A stretch of 13,478 nt of DNA from Candidatus Hodarchaeota archaeon. GTDB taxonomy: Archaea > Asgardarchaeota > Heimdallarchaeia > Hodarchaeales > Hodarchaeaceae. The DNA lies in contig JAEOTQ010000098.1 of assembly GCA_016839785.1 (NCBI GenBank), forward strand, positions 1 to 13,478, given 5' to 3'. This document shows positions 8,535-13,478 of this stretch, one piece after another. Positions within the stretch are counted from its first letter, which is position 1; each line of letters opens with the position of its first letter. Both the position numbers and the translations under genes were made by a program. Under the pieces are notes generated by a model, which had not been told where the DNA came from, did not search any database, and worked only from the letters and a program-made list of their open reading frames with translations.

Positions 8535-9440
8535 CTAGGAGAAGGTAATATCACCAGTGGTAGCAGTGAGGACAAAAGAATATTTCACCAAGGCAGTATC
8601 GAAATTAATTGATGTATAAGAGGAACCCGTGTCCGGAAGAGAGATGGTTCCTGTAACGACAGAAGCAGTAATCGAAAACCCAACAAGTTCATGGAAAGTT
8701 GAATCCACCGTAATATCCCCAGTCGTGCAGGATACCTCAAAAGAAAGAGACACAGTAGAATTACTGAAAGGAAGAGAATCAGTTAGGTCAAGATCAATAC
8801 TATCAGTAATGGTTGAAATCGACCAGGCAGTAGAGGAAGTATAATGAAGATCCGAGAAAATGAGGGTTTGACTACCAGTGGTGGAATGAATGGAGGGAGA
8901 AACGTCAGAGAGAAGAAGATCAGATAGAGAGACATCAATAGTACCAGTGGTGGCCTCAAGATCAAAGGACGAGAGAGTCAAAGAAGCATCCGCAAGATCA
9001 GTATCAATCTCCCCCGTAGTAACGTCGAACATAATGTCTAAGGTGAGGTTTCCTCCAACTTTAATCCAGAAATCATATTTGTAATCAACACGCGGACCTT
9101 GCTCATTTGAATCAAATTGAACTCGTAAAGTATCAGTATCTACAGATGTAGTCGTCACTTCCTCGGAAGCCTCTAGGGTTCCATCCGAACCTTCTCGAAT
9201 TGACACACGAGTCACCACATCAACTAGATATGAGGCAGTAGGAATAGCTTCCAAATTGATCTCACCAACCGCCAGTTGAAAATCTAGAACTAACGTAGAA
9301 TGAGTAGTATTGGAAATTGTAACAATAGGTTTTTCCCCTGCAATTTTATACGTAGTTCCGAATTCAGTACACCCACTAAACAGGGGTACCATCAGTAACA
9401 GAATCATAGATAGAGAAATTTTGAGATAAGACGGTTTCAT
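8535..9440 (-). CDS. Secreted lipoprotein with beta-strand repeats (DUF4097/adhesin-like)
   Basis: Signal peptide with lipobox LFSG-C; repeated (V/T)TGxI turns (AVGEI, TTGEI, TTGTI, TTGDI, VTGTI, TTGDI); SD GGAGTGA. Confidence 0.8.
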   Translation of the reverse strand: MKPSYLKISLSMILLLMVPLFSGCTEFGTTYKIAGEKPIVTISNTTHSTLVLDFQLAVGEINLEAIPTASYLVDVVTRVSIREGSDGTLEASEEVTTTSVDTDTLRVQFDSNEQGPRVDYKYDFWIKVGGNLTLDIMFDVTTGEIDTDLADASLTLSSFDLEATTGTIDVSLSDLLLSDVSPSIHSTTGSQTLIFSDLHYTSSTAWSISTITDSIDLDLTDSLPFSNSTVSLSFEVSCTTGDITVDSTFHELVGFSITASVVTGTISLPDTGSSYTSINFDTALVKYSFVLTATTGDITFS

Positions 9441-9477
9441 CAGATTTTATCACTCCAGAACAAAAGAAATTATACTC

Positions 9478-9489
9478 TTTTAAGGCTTT
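9478..9489 (-). promoter_or_regulatory. Putative BRE/TATA promoter (AAAGCCTTAAAA)
   Basis: The same AAANCCTTAAAA motif lies upstream of three array genes. Confidence 0.6.
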
Positions 9490-9589
9490 AAAGGAAGATA
9501 AAAATCCTCCCAAAAGGGAACTCAATGGGGAAGGAAAAAAAGAATCATGCTTAAATCAGAACGCAATAGAAAAAAAATGAAAAGAAGAC

Positions 9590-9715
9590 CTAAGGGCTTT
9601 CCTCACTGGTAAAGTAGAAAATAAGAGATAAGCTGAAAGTTAACGCTTTTACCTCAAAGCTAAGACTTGTAGTATTACTGGTAGTAGTATTAGTTCCTGC
9701 AATGGAGATGTAACA
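9590..9715 (-). pseudogene. Headless, decayed PGF-CTERM anchor relic
   Basis: Reads CYISIAGTNTTTSNTT-SLSFEVKALTFSLSLIFYFTSEESP*: a Thr-rich linker plus 25 residues in exact register with the intact anchors. LSF (CTT AGC TTT) is two substitutions from PGF. No start codon. Confidence 0.7.
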
Positions 9716-9748
9716 TCAGGAGGAGAGATCTCTCGGACATCTAAACAA

Positions 9749-10399
9749 TTACTCGTCTGCTCGCTTTTTATACACTTCAATCATCATGAAACCGCTTCTC
9801 GACTCAAAGATTTTGTTAAAACCATTACTTTGAACAAGAGAATGAATTTTTTTTCGAGAGTGGACGTAGCTACGGTAGTCATTTTTAGTAAGTTTCTTAT
9901 AAAAATTCAATAAGGAAGCACCCAATTTAATAAGAATATTATCAGATGGATAAACTAATCCATAATACTCATTCGAAAGGACAAGACTTTTTGAAACTAA
10001 ATCTTCACCATTGGGATAACAACAAATGACTTTATCCAAAGTAACAACATCTGTGGTTGGTAATTGGGAAGAATATGTAATAAAATCACCCATATAATAA
10101 TCGATTTTATTCTCATGCCCCTGGGCCTCAGCTTCTAGCTGAGAGGCGTTATTATAGGCTGGTGAGGCCTCAACACTAATAGCATTCCTAATCCCTTTCT
10201 TCATCAATTCGTGTTGGATGATTCCAACCCCCCCACCAATATCGAGTAAGGTTTTACCCGTCACTTGTTCCTGACCAAAGAAAGCGAGAAATGTTTTAGT
10301 GGGACCCGAGGGCCCTTGAGAACGATATTTCTTTAACTCCTTGGCAGCATTTGACTCATTAAACATTTTATCTAGACCATTAATAGAACAACAAGACAT
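9749..10399 (-). CDS. Class I SAM-dependent methyltransferase (216 aa)
   Basis: Motif I LLDIGGGVG, acidic VE, GDF, DVVTLDKVICCYP. Start MSCCS follows SD AGAGGA; a TTTATA box at 10436-10441 argues against the 10444 start. Confidence 0.88.
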   Translation of the reverse strand: MSCCSINGLDKMFNESNAAKELKKYRSQGPSGPTKTFLAFFGQEQVTGKTLLDIGGGVGIIQHELMKKGIRNAISVEASPAYNNASQLEAEAQGHENKIDYYMGDFITYSSQLPTTDVVTLDKVICCYPNGEDLVSKSLVLSNEYYGLVYPSDNILIKLGASLLNFYKKLTKNDYRSYVHSRKKIHSLVQSNGFNKIFESRSGFMMIEVYKKRADE

Positions 10400-10553
10400 G
10401 GAAGTATCCTCTAACCGAAATAAACTAGAGTGAAGTATAAACATTCTTTTCTGATAATCGAAATGGAGACAGAAAATTACCCAAGATTCTAAAGAAAATA
10501 CGATAAAAAAGAACTAGTCGCTATTGATGTGGAAAAAAAGGAGAAGTGAAGAC

Positions 10554-11246
10554 CTAGGGTCTTCGTTTGCAAGCAAAGATTAATACTAGGGGAAGACAAA
10601 GGAGAACCACGGAAAAATCAAACCCAGGAATCCCAGTACTAGCTTCAGTCATAAGTTCAACCTCAGAAATGACCACATGCTCTCCCGAGACGTTCTGATA
10701 ATGGATCCGATGACTGTAGGTAAGCCAACCAGTCTTCCAATTCTTTTTAAAAACAAATTTCTGAGTCTGATTATATTGGGAAATAATTCGCAATTCTTCC
10801 AGAATGAATTCCTCACCGTCAAGTGAGGCATTGGCTTTTAGCGCGCCTAAATCTTTGGTCCCCACTAGAGTTTCCCAATAAGTAAGATTGTCAGTGGTTT
10901 GATCGACAAATGAACCCAAAGCAGCTTTGTAAGTGATACCTTTTACAGTAAGCAAGCAATTAGAAAATCGATCCTCTAATTCAGTGACTTCTATAGAAAA
11001 CTTTGTACCATTTGTATAGGCAAGAGAAACACTACTTCCGTTCATAGCTTGGACAGGCATATAGTGGACATAGGTGGTAGTAGCATCACTAATATTATAG
11101 CTGTACACTTTAGTAAAAACATAATTCATGGTATCTCCCAAACTTACCTTCCATTCCATGTCAGGGACAGTACCTGAAACTGGAAAAAAACTACTCAGAA
11201 GGAAGCAGAGGAGAAAAATAGTTAATAATCTCGGTTTAATCCTCAT
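10554..11246 (-). CDS. Secreted surface protein with PGF-type C-terminal sorting signal (230 aa)
   Basis: Signal peptide MRIKPRLLTIFLLCFLLSS..., several NxS/T sequons, C-terminus IPGFDFSVVLLCLPLVLIFACKRRP; SD GAGGA. Confidence 0.88.
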   Translation of the reverse strand: MRIKPRLLTIFLLCFLLSSFFPVSGTVPDMEWKVSLGDTMNYVFTKVYSYNISDATTTYVHYMPVQAMNGSSVSLAYTNGTKFSIEVTELEDRFSNCLLTVKGITYKAALGSFVDQTTDNLTYWETLVGTKDLGALKANASLDGEEFILEELRIISQYNQTQKFVFKKNWKTGWLTYSHRIHYQNVSGEHVVISEVELMTEASTGIPGFDFSVVLLCLPLVLIFACKRRP

Positions 11247-11301
11247 TCACTCGTCCTCTCAACAAGAAAATCCTGTAATAACTTCGGTGTGGAAGGAGGA
11301 T

Positions 11302-11313
11302 TTTTAAGGTTTT
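11302..11313 (-). promoter_or_regulatory. Putative BRE/TATA promoter (AAAACCTTAAAA)
   Basis: About 55 nt upstream of ATG 11246, bracketed by the short inverted repeat AGGAG (11294-11298) / CTCCT (11315-11319). Confidence 0.6.
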
Positions 11314-11445
11314 ACTCCTCTTTTTTCGTGTCGAAAAAGAATTCTAAGATCAAGGAAAATTGTCTGAAAACATCATTTACTAGATGCTCTTTTTGCTTGC
11401 AAATCGCAAGAGCAACAGCCATTCGGCAGGAACTGATCTATCAGA

Positions 11446-11475
11446 GAAAAAAGAAAAGGAAGGAAAAGAAAGGGG
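11446..11475 (-). terminator. Poly-pyrimidine archaeal terminator-like tract (similar tracts at 8513-8520, 9570-9583, 10533-10545, 12572-12582)
   Basis: U/C-rich runs directly follow each minus-strand stop codon in the array except the methyltransferase stop. Confidence 0.55.
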
Positions 11476-11482
11476 GAAGACC

Positions 11483-12364
11483 TTAAGACCTTCGTTTCCT
11501 GGAAGTAACAAATAGAAGTGCCAAACTAAGCACTAAAACTTCAAACTGAAAACCCGGGCCTCCATCTGCAGTAGTAGTGGTGGTAGCAGTGGTAGTACGA
11601 GTAATAACAACCTCGTTATCGATAGAAATATTATCAATGCCCGAGTCGCCAAACCAGGCCCCAAAACCAAAAGTTTCAGAAGTCGTGATAATAGTTTCTT
11701 TTATAGAAATGATAGGCTGAGTAGAGGTGTTAACATAATTCAGATAAACATAAAATTGTCCATCAGGGGAGCGGGTGATATCAATATGGTAGGTTCCCGA
11801 AATGGAGCCAGCGAAATTATAAGACTGGGATACAATTCTCCCAGTACCGAATTGTTCAAAGCGAATCCGGGCTGTAGAAAAAGGCCCAGCAGGACTAGAT
11901 TGCAGGTTCAAGAAATAACCAGAGGAATTCGGATAATGTGAAATTTCAGCGAAATTACCCGTTATGTTTTCTTCATGGAATTTATTTGTTATGAAGAAGA
12001 CATTAACATAGGATTCATGCTCGACACCTGGTTCAATGATCCAATCAAAGCTCCAGGTCCCATAAGCAACACTAGAGTTACGATAGGCACCACTCTGCGC
12101 ACCCCAATAACCAAACAAAGCAGAAAGAGCGTTAGTTTTGAAGACACCATCAACCACAGCAGGTGCAGCAGACGCATTCGGTTGAAAACCATCAACCTCA
12201 TTATAAGAATAAGCTTGGAAAATCCATTCATCAAAAGGAGGACCATGTTCCCAATCCTCTTCCCAAACCACCTCAGCAGAGACCTGTGTGAGGGGAAACA
12301 ATGTAATAACACCCAAAATAAGAAGCCATTTTAGGTGCAGATGAGTAAAAACTTTGTCAGACAA
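11483..12364 (-). CDS. Secreted beta-sandwich (ConA/LamG-like) surface protein with Thr linker and PGF-type sorting signal (~293 aa)
   Basis: Signal peptide ...KWLLILGVITLFPLTQVSA; YHIDITRSPDGQFYVYLN and GIDNISID resemble a jelly-roll; C-terminus TTTATTTTTADGGPGFQFEVLVLSLALLFVTSRKRRS. TTG 12364 follows GAGGT and lies downstream of the promoter motif, so it is preferred over 12436. Confidence 0.85.
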   Translation of the reverse strand: MSDKVFTHLHLKWLLILGVITLFPLTQVSAEVVWEEDWEHGPPFDEWIFQAYSYNEVDGFQPNASAAPAVVDGVFKTNALSALFGYWGAQSGAYRNSSVAYGTWSFDWIIEPGVEHESYVNVFFITNKFHEENITGNFAEISHYPNSSGYFLNLQSSPAGPFSTARIRFEQFGTGRIVSQSYNFAGSISGTYHIDITRSPDGQFYVYLNYVNTSTQPIISIKETIITTSETFGFGAWFGDSGIDNISIDNEVVITRTTTATTTTTADGGPGFQFEVLVLSLALLFVTSRKRRS

Positions 12365-12417
12365 ATATAAACAACCTCTCAAAAGTTCAAAAGTCATTCT
12401 TGGTACATGAAAGAAGC

Positions 12418-12429
12418 TTTTAAGGATTT
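12418..12429 (-). promoter_or_regulatory. Putative BRE/TATA promoter (AAATCCTTAAAA)
   Basis: Third copy of the motif, about 55 nt upstream of TTG 12364. Confidence 0.6.
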
Positions 12430-12588
12430 CAGTCAATCATTATAATTACACCACTCAAAATCAAAGTCAACTCGATACTAACGGCTCTGGCGATAAGCAT
12501 AAGTACAATTTTCCATTTAGAGAATATATTCAAACACCACTAAATTGATTTTTTACCTCCTTATAACTCACAAAAAGGGAAGGAAGAC

Positions 12589-12663
12589 CTAGGGTTTTCG
12601 TTTCCAGGAGAAAATGAAAAAGAGGGAAAGACTGAGAAATGAGTATAAAAAATGTAGCAGATC
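12589..12663 (-). pseudogene. Headless C-terminal anchor relic
   Basis: Reads *DLLHFLYSFLSLSLFFIFSWKRKP*: TM segment and basic tail in register with LSLALLFVTSRKRRS and LCLPLVLIFACKRRP. No PGF and no start codon. Confidence 0.7.
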
Positions 12664-12694
12664 TTAAATAGTGAGACGAGTACTATTTAGGACT

Positions 12695-13478
12695 ATGAAA
12701 AATAAAAAACAACTATTTCTCCTACTAACGGGAGTGGGCCTATTTTCAATCCTGATTGTCGGAGGAAGGGCAATCCCACAAAAAACTACCGCTCTACCTG
12801 CTGAAATCAAAGTTGGAGGCGTATTTCCAATTGTCCAACGCCCTGATGCAGGACCTGACCGACGAGATGGATTCTTACTTGCTATCGCTGAAATTAATAA
12901 CCAGTCAGGAGCTTCACGAATCCTTCCTGAAGGAGTAACACTCTTATCTAATGTCCAAGACGATGATAATAGTGCCGCAGGAGGAACGGCTGCAGCTCAG
13001 ACTCTGATAAGCTGGGGTGTAGATATTGTAATTGGTTCCTCAGGAAGCAGTGTAAGTGCCGCAATAGCGCAAGAATTAACCCCTCAAAAAATTGTACAGA
13101 TATCCTATGCCTCGTCTTCTCCCGTATTAAGTGATCGGAGTACATACCCTTATTTTATGCGAGTATCGTCGTCTGATGCTGATCAGGCGAAATCTATCGC
13201 AGCGTTGGTTAATAAGTTTGGATGGACAAAAGGAGCCACAATTTCTACCAGCGATAGCTATGGAAGCATGTTTATTGATCATTTTACCGAGGAATGGAAT
13301 GGAACAATCACCACAGCACAACAATTTGATGCAGGAGCAACCGATGTTTCATCTCAAGTTCAGGCAATTAAGAATGTAGCCCCTAACTTCGTTCTAGGAT
13401 CCTTTATAGACGAAGATGCGAAAACGGTAATGAAAGAAGCCAAAGCACAAGGCATCCATCAGTTACCCTGGATTATGA
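12695..13478 (+). CDS. Secreted Venus-flytrap ligand-binding protein (ANF_receptor / LIV-type PBP1 fold), 3'-truncated by the window
   Basis: Absent from the ORF track (no stop in window). 261 open codons: MKNKKQLFLLLTGVGLFSILIVG...EIKVGGVFP...AIAEINN...IVIGSSGSSVS...QISYASSSPVLSDRSTYPYFMRVSSSDADQAKSIAALVNKFGW...DSYG...PWIM. TTAAATA box at 12664-12670; alternative in-frame GTG at 12671. Confidence 0.9.
   Translation, partial: MKNKKQLFLLLTGVGLFSILIVGGRAIPQKTTALPAEIKVGGVFPIVQRPDAGPDRRDGFLLAIAEINNQSGASRILPEGVTLLSNVQDDDNSAAGGTAAAQTLISWGVDIVIGSSGSSVSAAIAQELTPQKIVQISYASSSPVLSDRSTYPYFMRVSSSDADQAKSIAALVNKFGWTKGATISTSDSYGSMFIDHFTEEWNGTITTAQQFDAGATDVSSQVQAIKNVAPNFVLGSFIDEDAKTVMKEAKAQGIHQLPWIM

Larger units (their letters stand above)
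9584..12599. repeat. Four copies of a stop-codon-overlapping GAAGACC-N3/4-GGTCTTC-like element (9584, 10548, 11476, 12583)
   Basis: GAAGACCTAAGGGCTTT, GAAGACCTAGGGTCTTCGTTT, GAAGACCTTAAGACCTTCGTTT, GAAGACCTAGGGTTTTCGTTT, each preceded on + by an A/G tract. Confidence 0.8.

Noticed and set aside
6104-9084. ORFs 6104-6430, 7702-7884, 8629-8844, 8783-8965, 8890-9084
   Set aside because: Shadow ORFs inside longer genes.
10546-10553. GTGAAGAC shared between the IS terminal repeat and one array element (GAAGAC also at 7221 after a purine tract)
   Set aside because: Only 6-8 bp, lacks the terminal CAG, and all copies face the same way; most likely coincidence rather than a MITE.
9584-12599. Array element read as classical integron attC sites or CRISPR repeats
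   Set aside because: No RYYYAAC/GTTRRRY ends and no integrase in the window; ~1-kb spacing and short degenerate repeats do not fit CRISPR.
10649-13379. ORFs 10649-10831, 11289-11486, 11756-11941, 11975-12334, 11989-12312, 12756-12938, 12948-13145, 13127-13324, 13131-13379
   Set aside because: Alternative-frame or antisense shadows. 11289-11486 runs through a promoter and terminator tract; those after 12695 overlap the real Venus-flytrap ORF.

Overview
AT-rich archaeal window. GGTGA/GAGG ribosome-binding sites, BRE+TTAAAA promoters, an ISH3-type IS, a large TPR protein and PGF-type C-terminal sorting signals suggest an Asgard (Heimdallarchaeia/Hodarchaeales-like) host; this is inference. Left to right: an almost complete ISH3-family IS (1-1357, TIR CAGTCTTCACG) abutting a frameshifted TPR remnant; a zinc-ribbon membrane protein; an AlkC/AlkD-like HEAT-repeat DNA alkylation repair protein; an aldo/keto reductase that appears to start at CTG; a ~710-aa TPR protein; a palindrome-rich intergenic region before a basic 180-aa orphan; and a minus-strand array (8.5-12.7 kb) of mostly surface-protein genes. 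In that array a GAAGACC-N3/4-GGTCTTC-like element overlapping a stop codon recurs four times about 1 kb apart. Two copies end intact PGF-CTERM genes and two end headless anchor relics that the ORF track misses. The window ends inside an unannotated secreted Venus-flytrap (ANF_receptor/LIV-type) protein whose core closely resembles class C GPCR ligand-binding domains.
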